DNA of 24,353 nucleotides from a virus (lineage: Duplodnaviria > Caudoviricetes): the IMG/VR virus record IMGVR_UViG_3300049712_000032, positions 1-24,353 of that record; one strand, given 5' to 3'. A program made the translations under genes and the position numbers. Below are positions 1 to 7,498 of the stretch, piece after piece (the stretch's first letter is position 1; every line of letters begins with the position of its first letter). Below the pieces are notes generated by a model, which was not told where the DNA came from, did not search any database, and saw nothing but the letters and a program-made list of their open reading frames with translations.

Positions 1-12
1 AAATCCTTTGTT

Positions 13-576
13 ATGGTTCCGACTCGGGCCAATACCATTTGGGCTATGTTCCAACGGGCTACTCAAGATAAGCTTGAATTCGTAAAGGTTAATACTCCAT
101 CCCCGAAACAGAAGCTAGAAGCTATGTACGCTATTAACCAATGGGCTAACGAAAGAATTGAATACGCCTCGGACTGGGACGTATACGGGATTCCTGAATA
201 CTGGGCTACTGCAAGTGAAACTCTGGTGCGGGAAAGGGGGGATTGTGATGATTTTGCCATTCTCAAATATGTGATTCTAAAGAAAATGGGCTTCACGCCT
301 GACGAACTATTCTTTACCCTTCTGTACGTTAAACCAAACTTCTTTTCCCCCGATGATGAAGGGGGCTACCATGCCATTGTCACTGTCCGGTTAGACGGTA
401 AAGACTATCTCCTCGATCTTATAGATGAAGTTAAGAACAAGGAAGAGGGTTATATAATCCTGTGGCAGATTAATGAATTCGGCATGACCAAGGTAGGCAA
501 GGACCCCAATGGGTTCTATAACAAGTTTAGAAGCCTACTTGTAGACCTGAATAGTGGTCTTAATGTAATCAAGTAG
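13..576 (+). CDS. Transglutaminase-like cysteine peptidase (BTLCP/LapG-like, peptidase C93); 5' end may lie outside the window
   Basis: Motifs INQWAN..IEY.SD...YG..EYWAT..ETL....GDCDDFAILKY and a later HAIV...YLLD give a Cys-His-Asp triad. The frame is open back to base 1. Confidence 0.85.
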   Translation: MVPTRANTIWAMFQRATQDKLEFVKVNTPSPKQKLEAMYAINQWANERIEYASDWDVYGIPEYWATASETLVRERGDCDDFAILKYVILKKMGFTPDELFFTLLYVKPNFFSPDDEGGYHAIVTVRLDGKDYLLDLIDEVKNKEEGYIILWQINEFGMTKVGKDPNGFYNKFRSLLVDLNSGLNVIK

Positions 577-801
577 CTGTAACAAGGTTACTTGGTTCCC
601 TTGAAACACGTACTTGAAGTCTTTTTCCCCTTTATTTAAAGCTACAAAAACGTAATCATCTACGTTGGGATTACGCATTACGCCTATTATATGTTGGATA
701 TCGTCCTCTATTTCCTCGGAACGCACATAATTTCTCGGAATAACCGAGATATTGGAATCCTTAAAGGTTATCTTTCCGATGCGGGGAATAGAGGTTTTCA
801 C
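535..801 (-). CDS. Hypothetical protein
   Basis: GTG start overlaps the upstream gene's TAG and follows GAGGA; converges on the peptidase gene. Confidence 0.6.
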   Translation of the reverse strand: MKTSIPRIGKITFKDSNISVIPRNYVRSEEIEDDIQHIIGVMRNPNVDDYVFVALNKGEKDFKYVFQGNQVTLLQLLDYIKTTIQVYK

Positions 802-1082
802 TAGTCCTCGTATAAATTGTCCCTGTAGTCTATGAACATTACAGGTTCAAGGCCTTGTCTAATTCTAAAGAAGTTAATATGACTAAGAATAAGGGCCTTA
901 TCCTCTTTCCCAAGGGGAATGCGGTCACTAAACTTAAACATGACAACATCGTTGGCACTCTCAACCATGTATTCCCGAGTATCATCACAGTAGGAATAAC
1001 AATCCGAGAACCAAACTTTGGGAATGTACTTGTTAACCGTCTGTTTGATAAACTTGTAGTTGGTCCATTTATTAAAAGACAT
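801..1082 (-). CDS. Small protein with C-terminal RDNLYED tag
   Basis: Ends EPVMFIDYRDNLYED*; start overlaps the end of the 1072..1215 ORF. Confidence 0.75.
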   Translation of the reverse strand: MSFNKWTNYKFIKQTVNKYIPKVWFSDCYSYCDDTREYMVESANDVVMFKFSDRIPLGKEDKALILSHINFFRIRQGLEPVMFIDYRDNLYED

Positions 1083-1215
1083 TGTAATGCTCCATCATGG
1101 CAAGGGTGAACGTGCCTACGATACTCAAACCCACAACTCGGGTAAAAGTGTTCATTGCCCCTGAGACAGCTATAGCACCAAGGGCCCAACCGAACCAAAG
1201 AGCAACACTAACCAT
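1072..1215 (-). CDS. 47-aa hydrophobic (membrane) peptide, not in the ORF track
   Basis: Hand translation MVSVALWFGWALGAIAVSGAMNTFTRVVGLSIVGTFTLAMMEHYNVF*. ATG sits in the DNLY codons of the upstream gene, after AGGGA, and the ORF fills the gap exactly. Confidence 0.65.
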   Translation of the reverse strand: MVSVALWFGWALGAIAVSGAMNTFTRVVGLSIVGTFTLAMMEHYNVF

Positions 1216-1525
1216 AGAGGTTATCCCTTATTTTGTTCACCCGTTCCAAGGCCTGTTTGATAGATTGGTAATCGGGGTGCATAATCCTGTTATCATCACG
1301 ATCATGAGTAAAGTAACAATGGCCACACCGTTCAATCCAGTCCTCCTTTTCATCCCTCAACCACTTAAAGCAATACTTTTTCTTCTCCCAGTATTCTTTA
1401 TACAAAGTTGCTAGTACTATATCAAGAATAAGACCCCAAGGAAAAATAAGGCCCATTACAAGAGGGGGAAAATCTCCCGCAGGATAACAGTGAACTATCA
1501 GTAATGCAATGGCGAGACTAACCAT
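1208..1525 (-). CDS. Membrane protein with C-terminal RDNLYG tag
   Basis: Two hydrophobic N-terminal segments; ends KIRDNLYG*. Confidence 0.75.
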   Translation of the reverse strand: MVSLAIALLIVHCYPAGDFPPLVMGLIFPWGLILDIVLATLYKEYWEKKKYCFKWLRDEKEDWIERCGHCYFTHDRDDNRIMHPDYQSIKQALERVNKIRDNLYG

Positions 1526-1958
1526 TCTTTACTTCTTCAAGGTTAACAGTATAAAGGGAGCCCCCACCTTTGCCTTCCTCCCGAACAATGTCAAGGGGGT
1601 TAATGGCAGGACGGGTGTACAGTTCGATTACCTCGATACGATCATGCTCACTCCAATCAGGGAAGTGCTGGCGAAGAGTCTCAATCGTAGGGGTCTTGAA
1701 CCTATGGTATTCCCCTGCATATACTTCCGTAGAAGCCCCCGGCATCAATACCGTTTCATCAATATTGCCAGCCCTGTCAGCCTTCCAAACCTCGATAATC
1801 ATGATACCTTTGAGGCAGTAGAAGATATTATTTTTAAATTGATGTAGGTGCTTCGAGCAATAGGACGAGGGTTTAACCCTGATATGGGCCATTTCAACGT
1901 CCTTGGTTTGGGCCACCATCACAGTAGACCCCCACACTTTGCCTTGGATATTTCCCAT
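1518..1958 (-). CDS. Cupin-fold protein (sugar isomerase-like)
   Basis: GKVWG, SKHLHQFK.N.FY...G and GEYHRF cupin metal-binding motifs. Confidence 0.75.
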   Translation of the reverse strand: MGNIQGKVWGSTVMVAQTKDVEMAHIRVKPSSYCSKHLHQFKNNIFYCLKGIMIIEVWKADRAGNIDETVLMPGASTEVYAGEYHRFKTPTIETLRQHFPDWSEHDRIEVIELYTRPAINPLDIVREEGKGGGSLYTVNLEEVKNG

Positions 1959-2065
1959 TACTGTACCTTCTTAGCGAGTTTATTAAACAGCTTTCGGATA
2001 TCTTTCAAAAAGCCTTTGAGTTTGCTATTTCCCCTTTTTGGAAGTCGCTTTGCTTTTTTTACCAT
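1958..2065 (-). CDS. 35-aa highly cationic peptide, not in the ORF track
   Basis: MVKKAKRLPKRGNSKLKGFLKDIRKLFNKLAKKVQ*; GGAGGG RBS upstream; TAATG overlap with the cupin start. Confidence 0.6.
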   Translation of the reverse strand: MVKKAKRLPKRGNSKLKGFLKDIRKLFNKLAKKVQ

Positions 2066-2615
2066 CGGTCTTTCCCTCCATTCTTTCTTCTAAAAGTTTC
2101 TTTTTAATATAGCCATCCATTCGGGTATCGTCCACTTCAATCGGACCTACAATAAACGGCTCCTCAGCTTCCCGAGGCTCAGGACGTTTAATTTCCTTAC
2201 GGCCCTTTTTAACCCGTTCCTTTAATTCCGTAGAGGAATAATTGTGGGAACGAGGATTAAAGTGAAAGGTTTCAGGTCTGATACTATCCCCCGTAAAGGA
2301 CTTGCCTTTGTGATCTTCCCCGATAAACCTAATGTCGTATTGACAAGTGTTCAGGATAGTCTCAAGGTCCTCCTCGGTTTCGTAGGGAATTACCCTGTCA
2401 ACATACTGGCAAGCCTCAAGCCTAACATATCTTTCAAAGATAGTTTCCGTGGGCCTTTGCTTCTCAGCCCGATACATGGAAGGGTCTACTTGAACACACA
2501 CGATAAGGTAGTCACAGTGTTGCTTGGCGTAATCCAACATTAGCAAATGACCAGCGTGGAGTAAGTCAAACACCCCTGCGGTAATGCCGATAACATCTTC
2601 ATCATTCATCTTCAT
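2025..2615 (-). CDS. Cytidylyltransferase-like protein (TagD/glycerol-3-phosphate cytidylyltransferase family)
   Basis: GVFDLLHAGH (HxGH), ER...L....YVD.VIPY, G.D and R....SST motifs. Confidence 0.85.
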   Translation of the reverse strand: MKMNDEDVIGITAGVFDLLHAGHLLMLDYAKQHCDYLIVCVQVDPSMYRAEKQRPTETIFERYVRLEACQYVDRVIPYETEEDLETILNTCQYDIRFIGEDHKGKSFTGDSIRPETFHFNPRSHNYSSTELKERVKKGRKEIKRPEPREAEEPFIVGPIEVDDTRMDGYIKKKLLEERMEGKTDGKKSKATSKKGK

Positions 2616-2808
2616 CGTACAGGTTATCCCTTATTTTATTCTTCTTCTTTTTGTTGCTAAAGAAATCATCCTCAAGGGCTTCTAGGGTAACGGCAAACCC
2701 CAATGGAATAATTTTATTTCCGTACTTAGCCCTGCTCTTATTGAACTCATCAAACCACTTTAATCCTTCTAAACCATCAGAGCCAGAAGGGTCTTTTGTT
2801 TTAGTCAT
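2602..2808 (-). CDS. Small protein with C-terminal RDNLYDEDE tag (start moved from 3018 to 2808)
   Basis: ATG of MTKTKDP lies in the upstream DNLY-D codons; ends KIRDNLYDEDE*. Confidence 0.7.
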   Translation of the reverse strand: MTKTKDPSGSDGLEGLKWFDEFNKSRAKYGNKIIPLGFAVTLEALEDDFFSNKKKKNKIRDNLYDEDE

Positions 2809-3037
2809 ACAAATTATCTTTCTTGTGAGGTTTAAACTCCCATTCCTTGCCGTTGAATACCAGCATATCCCCCCTTTTCGGATTGTCCGGTGCTTTAACC
2901 CAATCAAGGGACCAATATCCCGGTCCAAAGGGCTGTATGGTTGCCTTAGTGGTGTATACCACACTACTAGTATCCCAAATAGAGACTGTATTTGGACCAA
3001 CCCAAACACCAGTAACACTAGTAGATGCGGAGGTCAT
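2801..3037 (-). CDS. Small Trp-rich protein with C-terminal KDNLYD tag
   Basis: Start MTSAST after GAAGGGG; ends HKKDNLYD*. Confidence 0.7.
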   Translation of the reverse strand: MTSASTSVTGVWVGPNTVSIWDTSSVVYTTKATIQPFGPGYWSLDWVKAPDNPKRGDMLVFNGKEWEFKPHKKDNLYD

Positions 3038-3137
3038 ACCCCTTCTCAATCAACATAAACATAACGTGCAGTATCTCTGATACCACTACGATTAAACAGA
3101 TTAAAATTAAAATACAGTATTCAACAAACCTTAGCAA
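3018..3137 (-). CDS. Possible 39-aa single-pass membrane peptide
   Basis: Hand translation from a TTG start: MLRFVEYCILILICLIVVVSEILHVMFMLIEKGYDLRIY*; fills the gap between neighbours. Confidence 0.45.
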   Translation of the reverse strand: MLRFVEYCILILICLIVVVSEILHVMFMLIEKGYDLRIY

Positions 3138-3595
3138 AGGTCCTTCAAATCCACAGGTTTAAAGTCAGGTCCTTTTTGAACCTTACCGTCCTCTCGGAGG
3201 ATGGGTTTATTGTCAGGGCCAAGCTTGGACATATTGCTTTCATGGACTCTGCGGAAGCCCTCCATCTTAACCCGATGGAAGCCAAGGGCAAGGAAAGCAC
3301 CGTCCAGAACATATTGGATATCCAACAGGGCATCAAGGGTTTCTACCTTGCTTTGTTCGGTAAGAGCCTCTTTCAATTCATCTAGTTCCTCTTGGATAAG
3401 CTTAACCCGAAGTTCGTTAAGGGCATGGTCTGAAACATCAGGACTGTCCTTAACAGGGTGGCCGAAGGCCTCATGAAATTCCTTTACACCCTCAAGGGTA
3501 GAGCGCATTTGCTTTGCCGCCTTGTTGCTGAGTTTATCCAGTTGCTCGTTGACCATGTGCATAAGGGTATCGTATCTAACGGATTCTTGGGACAT
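3131..3595 (-). CDS. MazG-like all-alpha NTP pyrophosphohydrolase (PRA-PH/DR2231-type)
   Basis: VKEFHEAFG, LIQEELDEL, ETLDALLDIQYV, VHESNMSK and REDGKVQKG motifs; start placed at MSQES. Confidence 0.88.
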   Translation of the reverse strand: MSQESVRYDTLMHMVNEQLDKLSNKAAKQMRSTLEGVKEFHEAFGHPVKDSPDVSDHALNELRVKLIQEELDELKEALTEQSKVETLDALLDIQYVLDGAFLALGFHRVKMEGFRRVHESNMSKLGPDNKPILREDGKVQKGPDFKPVDLKDLC

Positions 3596-3596
3596 A

Positions 3597-3839
3597 CTAT
3601 TTCTCCAAACTTTCTTTAGTGGGAACGGTAAACGTAATGTTAGAACGGACCATGTGAGTCTTGGACCCATCAATTCCTTGGTGAGTTTCAACCCAAGCTT
3701 TAACCGACAGGTAGCCCTTATTGTGCCAAAACTGCTCAATACGTTTAGCAAGTTGATTACTGGCTCTTTTGTCGGTAAGGTAATTGGGGATTTTGGAACG
3801 AGTGTTCATATAGACCACGTTATTGCTTTTTCTTTTCAT
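3597..3839 (-). CDS. Hypothetical protein
   Basis: Tightly packed ORF in the operon. Confidence 0.6.
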   Translation of the reverse strand: MKRKSNNVVYMNTRSKIPNYLTDKRASNQLAKRIEQFWHNKGYLSVKAWVETHQGIDGSKTHMVRSNITFTVPTKESLEK

Positions 3840-4221
3840 AAATATTCACTTGGCCGTTTTGGGTTAATTCATCCTTGGCTTGTTTAATCTTCAACATATA
3901 CTTATACACCAACTCGGGCTCAAGGTCTGCCAAATGACAGATAAATTTAAAGTCCTTTCCTTGGCTCTTGTCCGTACCCATAAACCAATTGATGGAGTTT
4001 ACCCCCTCTTTGGTGTATTTATGGGTGCTTATGATATCTAATATAGCTCGGTCTATCACCCAACGCCAGAAGTATTTAATCCTTGTTATCTCTTCATTTC
4101 GGTAATCGTCTGACCCCTCAATTGGGAGTCTGCAAAATAATCCATAATCGCTGAGGGTTCTCCTAAAGGACCTAGGGTTATTCTTAAACTCTTCCAGAAG
4201 GTTGTCTTTTATTTCAGCCAT
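3820..4221 (-). CDS. Hypothetical phage protein
   Basis: Packed ORF with W..VI.RAI.D, W and DF..IC.LA.L.P pattern seen in small phage proteins. Confidence 0.65.
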   Translation of the reverse strand: MAEIKDNLLEEFKNNPRSFRRTLSDYGLFCRLPIEGSDDYRNEEITRIKYFWRWVIDRAILDIISTHKYTKEGVNSINWFMGTDKSQGKDFKFICHLADLEPELVYKYMLKIKQAKDELTQNGQVNIYEKKKQ

Positions 4222-4574
4222 TCATCAGGAACCGTGTTTCCCACATGATAGATAATATCGTGCTTATCGCACCAGTCGGAGTATCGGGTGGTGGAATTCT
4301 TGTTTAGTTTATTGTCAGCTTGGAACAACAGCCGGATATCCTCATGCCTATGCTGGTCCCTAACCGACAGGAACTTGGTTCTGTCTGCCGAAGTGAACCT
4401 ACCTTTGACCTCTACCAGAACACCATTGGGAAGTTTAAGGTCGGGGGTATATTTACGCTGAACGGTATAGGACAACCGATAGGGCTCATACTCGTACTTG
4501 ACCTTACGTTTGTCAAGGTCCTTCATAATCCGCTTTTCAAAACCCGAACGGGCTTTTACTTTACGCTTTCCCAT
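4209..4574 (-). CDS. T7 endonuclease I (gp3)-like Holliday junction resolvase
   Basis: RSGFE, YEYE, YTPDLKLPNGVLVEVKG, DR.K and Y.DWCDKH motifs. Confidence 0.92.
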   Translation of the reverse strand: MGKRKVKARSGFEKRIMKDLDKRKVKYEYEPYRLSYTVQRKYTPDLKLPNGVLVEVKGRFTSADRTKFLSVRDQHRHEDIRLLFQADNKLNKNSTTRYSDWCDKHDIIYHVGNTVPDEWLK

Positions 4575-4702
4575 TTATAGGACCCATCCTTATCTTCCAC
4601 AAGCCGCCAAGTAAACCCAGTCTCAGTATTAACCTTTAGAATAACCCCATTGGTAAAGCCCTTCTCGTTAGTGACCTCACCAGCAATCACCTTAAAAGCC
4701 AT
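4556..4702 (-). CDS. 48-aa hypothetical protein, not in the ORF track
   Basis: MAFKVIAGEVTNEKGFTNGVILKVNTETGFTWRLVEDKDGSYKWESVK* with GGAGG RBS. Confidence 0.65.
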   Translation of the reverse strand: MAFKVIAGEVTNEKGFTNGVILKVNTETGFTWRLVEDKDGSYKWESVK

Positions 4703-4740
4703 GTGCCTCCACAGATTTTGAGTAGCAATGTTAATATAAG

Positions 4741-5610
4741 TTATCCTTTTGGAGTTATCTCGGTAACATTGGGAACACGTACTACCTTAGTAAGGTAGCG
4801 GGGATTGTCGGAATAGTCGAATACCCGCAGCCCTTTTCCACCGTTAACGTCTGACCAGCAGTTAAACTTATAGGGGCAGTAAGTACATTGCTTTCCAAGC
4901 TTCCTGTTCCCACTCTCCCCATCCTTTTCATCATCATAACAACGAGGAGGTTTAACCTCTGACTTGACCTTTTCCTTTAAGTCCTTAATCAAAGGCTTAA
5001 CGTCCACCATCTCAAGGTGGTTTACTTCCAACAGGCAAAGCTGACCATTCTCTTTGTTGATCGCAAGAAGGGCTGCTTCATCCGTACCCTCGGCCTCTGC
5101 ATATCCGCTTACTTGGGCCAGATACCCGAAATCATCCTGCTCGTAGATGGTCCCGTTTTTAAACTTATCAAAGGCCCGATTGGATGCTGACTTGATATCA
5201 ACAGGGATACCCTCAATCTTGGCATCGAGCTTGCCCCTGACCCCATCAACCTCTACCTTCTTCTGTTCATCTGTAACAGAATAGCCAGCCTCCCTACAGA
5301 GGAATAGAACTACCTCTTCAAGGATAGAACCGTACAGAAAGTTTATAAGACCCTCGGGTTTAAACCTACCAGAACGGGACCCCTTATCCCGCGCCTGATA
5401 CCAAAGCTTACGGGCAGGGGTTCCGATGGAACTCATATAGAGTCCATCATCCCCTTCCTTTTTATCCCGTTCCTTGGCAAGGGCCTTAGCCACAGCGTCA
5501 GCGATACCGTCCTTGAGCTTGGTAAGGTTAGCATCACTGGGCTTATGTTCCTTTTCTGAATTGAAAAGGTCGTGGATGGCGGGGATTAGGTCTTTAAGGT
5601 CTTTGGTCAA
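4741..5610 (-). CDS. Cas4-like PD-(D/E)XK exonuclease
   Basis: SSIG, G.LD....PVDIKSAS, Y..Q..GY and C-terminal C.YC.....C; typical phage replication context; no cas operon. Confidence 0.85.
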   Translation of the reverse strand: MTKDLKDLIPAIHDLFNSEKEHKPSDANLTKLKDGIADAVAKALAKERDKKEGDDGLYMSSIGTPARKLWYQARDKGSRSGRFKPEGLINFLYGSILEEVVLFLCREAGYSVTDEQKKVEVDGVRGKLDAKIEGIPVDIKSASNRAFDKFKNGTIYEQDDFGYLAQVSGYAEAEGTDEAALLAINKENGQLCLLEVNHLEMVDVKPLIKDLKEKVKSEVKPPRCYDDEKDGESGNRKLGKQCTYCPYKFNCWSDVNGGKGLRVFDYSDNPRYLTKVVRVPNVTEITPKG

Positions 5611-5635
5611 AAATACTAAATCCTTTTAAAAAGGA

Positions 5636-5764
5636 AATGAGAGGTCTGGGCTTATAGGCTAGCTCCATCCCAGTTTATGTCCGCGAGAAACGGCACTTCC
5701 ACGGCTTGCGCCCTAGCTACCTATCTGGACTCGGCTTTCAACGGCTCTGATTACGCCTCTCAAA
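5636..5764 (-). ncRNA. Candidate structured non-coding RNA (about 125 nt)
   Basis: Intergenic; closed by TGAGAGG/CCTCTCA; internal ATAGG(T)AGCT pairing with AGCTAGCCTAT; GGC-GCAA-GCC tetraloop hairpin on the minus strand. Confidence 0.45.
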
Positions 5765-5775
5765 CTCTAAGAAAT

Positions 5776-5823
5776 AAAAAGAGGGTTTTGTTGGCCACTA
5801 GGTTCACCCTCCAAACCTAGAAG
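5776..5823 (-). ncRNA. H-type pseudoknot, copy 1
   Basis: Minus-strand RNA CUAGGUU-UG-GAGGGU-G-AACCUAG-UGGC-CAACAAA-ACCCUC-UUUUU. Confidence 0.6.
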
Positions 5824-5871
5824 TTGGGGATGCAAGACGTTCCACTCGCCTTGCAGAGCCCCTCACCTCGG

Positions 5872-6165
5872 CTAACTTACTGCCTTAAGCTTAGTCCCTT
5901 TGCCCTTAGTGGTCTTGGGCTTTGCAGTTTTGGGGGTGAAAGATTTGGCGGTATAGCTTACCTCGGGAGATTCGTATACTTGCCAAACAGGTTTGGAAAC
6001 CTCAACAATGGTGTAAGCGTATTCATCAGCGTCATACACCCCATCGTGGAGGTAAGACATAAGGGTTTTTTCTGCCTGTGCTTTGGTAGAAAAAATTCCA
6101 CCATCCATGCCGATATTCTCAACCTTATCCTTATCAGTTTTACCGATATACATAATCGTATACAT
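5872..6165 (-). CDS. Hypothetical protein with Lys/Thr-rich tail
   Basis: Clean ORF with purine-rich RBS; basic C-terminus. Confidence 0.7.
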   Translation of the reverse strand: MYTIMYIGKTDKDKVENIGMDGGIFSTKAQAEKTLMSYLHDGVYDADEYAYTIVEVSKPVWQVYESPEVSYTAKSFTPKTAKPKTTKGKGTKLKAVS

Positions 6166-6192
6166 ACTAGTTCTCTCTTTCGTTTAGAGGTT

Positions 6193-6238
6193 AAAACGGG
6201 GTTTTGTTGCGCCCAAGATTACCCCGATAACTTGGAAG
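6193..6238 (-). ncRNA. H-type pseudoknot, copy 2
   Basis: Minus-strand RNA CCAAG-UUAU-CGGGGU-AAU-CUUGG-GCG-CAACAAA-ACCCCG-UUUU; co-varies with copy 1. Confidence 0.6.
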
Positions 6239-6257
6239 GAGGCTTTCGCTGCGCGGC

Positions 6258-6812
6258 TTAAACCTTGGCTGCTTCCTTTGCATCTTCCCACGGAGGAGTA
6301 TCATCATCACCCTCGGCTCCATCTTCGATGGAGAAACCACCGTCAACTTCCTTAATGTTGTAGTCGATACCCGAGTTGGCTACCTTACGCTCAAACTTGT
6401 TAAGCTTGATAACCTGAACCGTTTGAAGAGTTGCGTACTTCTTGGATTTAAAGCCAGTGTACGTGGTAAAGGAAATGACTACCTCAGAACCGTTGCCAAT
6501 CTCAAAGTCACCGTAGAGGTTATCTTTGCCAGCAACAATCTCTTTCTTCTTGGCATCAACAACCTTCGGGGGGCTGTTGGGTTTGCCAGTAGCCTTTTGC
6601 AGTTCATTCCGTTTGAACTTGATAGTCTCGGTCCCATCGTCCTTCTTGACGATAAGATGCTCAAGGCCTTCCTCTTTAAGGACCTTGCGGTTCTGCTCAT
6701 CAACCACAATGTCGATGGACCAGATACCGCCAGTCTTTTCCTTGGCGTATTTCTTGTCGAGTTGGTGGGGCATAACCTTTGCCCACATGCACTTACCAGT
6801 AATCAGTCCCAT
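6258..6812 (-). CDS. ssb: Single-stranded DNA-binding protein (gp2.5-like)
   Basis: G...WAKV, P.VVDA, IGNGSEV, LQ.VQVI.L and an acidic tail ending DDDTPPWED; lies next to the polymerase; start MGLITG after AAGGGA. Confidence 0.82.
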   Translation of the reverse strand: MGLITGKCMWAKVMPHQLDKKYAKEKTGGIWSIDIVVDEQNRKVLKEEGLEHLIVKKDDGTETIKFKRNELQKATGKPNSPPKVVDAKKKEIVAGKDNLYGDFEIGNGSEVVISFTTYTGFKSKKYATLQTVQVIKLNKFERKVANSGIDYNIKEVDGGFSIEDGAEGDDDTPPWEDAKEAAKV

Positions 6813-6846
6813 GTGTTTAATTCCCTTTTCGTTAAAACCATAATCC

Positions 6847-6875
6847 AATATAGCATAAGTTATGAAAAATGTCAA
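6847..6875 (-). promoter_or_regulatory. Sigma70-type promoter for ssb
   Basis: TTGACA-17 nt-TATATT with a TG extended -10. Confidence 0.75.
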
Positions 6876-7492
6876 GAAAAATCTTTAGGATATTTTTCGA
6901 TAGGATACTTAAGTTTAGATTTAAAGATCTTTACCTCTTTATGAGAACCTATAAAATATACATACCGATGTTTTCTTGGGCGTTCCTTTAATTTTAACCT
7001 ATTTCCAAACCGTTCTTTCAAATACCCTATCCGGCTTTCTTTTCCCTTAGACATATCGGAAATGGTCTGACTGTGCAAGTGTTCCATCCCCTCTACAACA
7101 TACTCTGATCTTTTAGCCGACAACCCACAGTAAATAAAATTACAAGCTTGATACACAAAACCAACATGACCTTGGCTCTTATCTGCATAACTTACAATAA
7201 CAGAAGGTTTAGGCATCATCCTCATACTATTAGAGACTAGGAAACTAGCTTCATTCTTCCTGTTGTATTTTAGTACCAGCCTGTTCAACTCCCAAACATA
7301 CTCTGCCGATTCCTTGCCACAAACCCCAACCCTCAATGTGGAAGAAAAAGGCCTACCATAGGTAACAACCCCTATCAATTCTGTTCCGTCAAAAAGCCCA
7401 AAGGCAAAGGAAATGGAGGGTATGCGTTTGGCGTAATGCACGTTAAGTATGAAGTCATAAGTATCCTTTGCCTGTATCCTCTCCACCCTCAT
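6872..7492 (-). CDS. mom: Mom-like (GNAT-fold) DNA adenine modification protein
   Basis: HY, FGLF...L.GV.TYG.P, ELNRL, N.ASFLVS and VSYAD..QGHVG.VYQACNF.Y.G motifs of Mu Mom-like proteins. Confidence 0.8.
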   Translation of the reverse strand: MRVERIQAKDTYDFILNVHYAKRIPSISFAFGLFDGTELIGVVTYGRPFSSTLRVGVCGKESAEYVWELNRLVLKYNRKNEASFLVSNSMRMMPKPSVIVSYADKSQGHVGFVYQACNFIYCGLSAKRSEYVVEGMEHLHSQTISDMSKGKESRIGYLKERFGNRLKLKERPRKHRYVYFIGSHKEVKIFKSKLKYPIEKYPKDFS

Positions 7493-7498
7493 TAAAGA

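Noticed and set aside
3820-4221. KDNLL near the N-terminus and NIYE near the C-terminus as tag variants
   Set aside because: Each lacks a core residue (Tyr or Asp); too weak to count.
4741-5610. CRISPR-Cas adaptation module
   Set aside because: Stand-alone Cas4-like nucleases are common in phage replication blocks; no cas1, cas2 or array is present.
5636-5764. tRNA, hammerhead or HDV-like ribozyme
   Set aside because: No TTC T-loop cloverleaf, no CUGANGA core, and I could not fit the HDV nested-pseudoknot order by eye.
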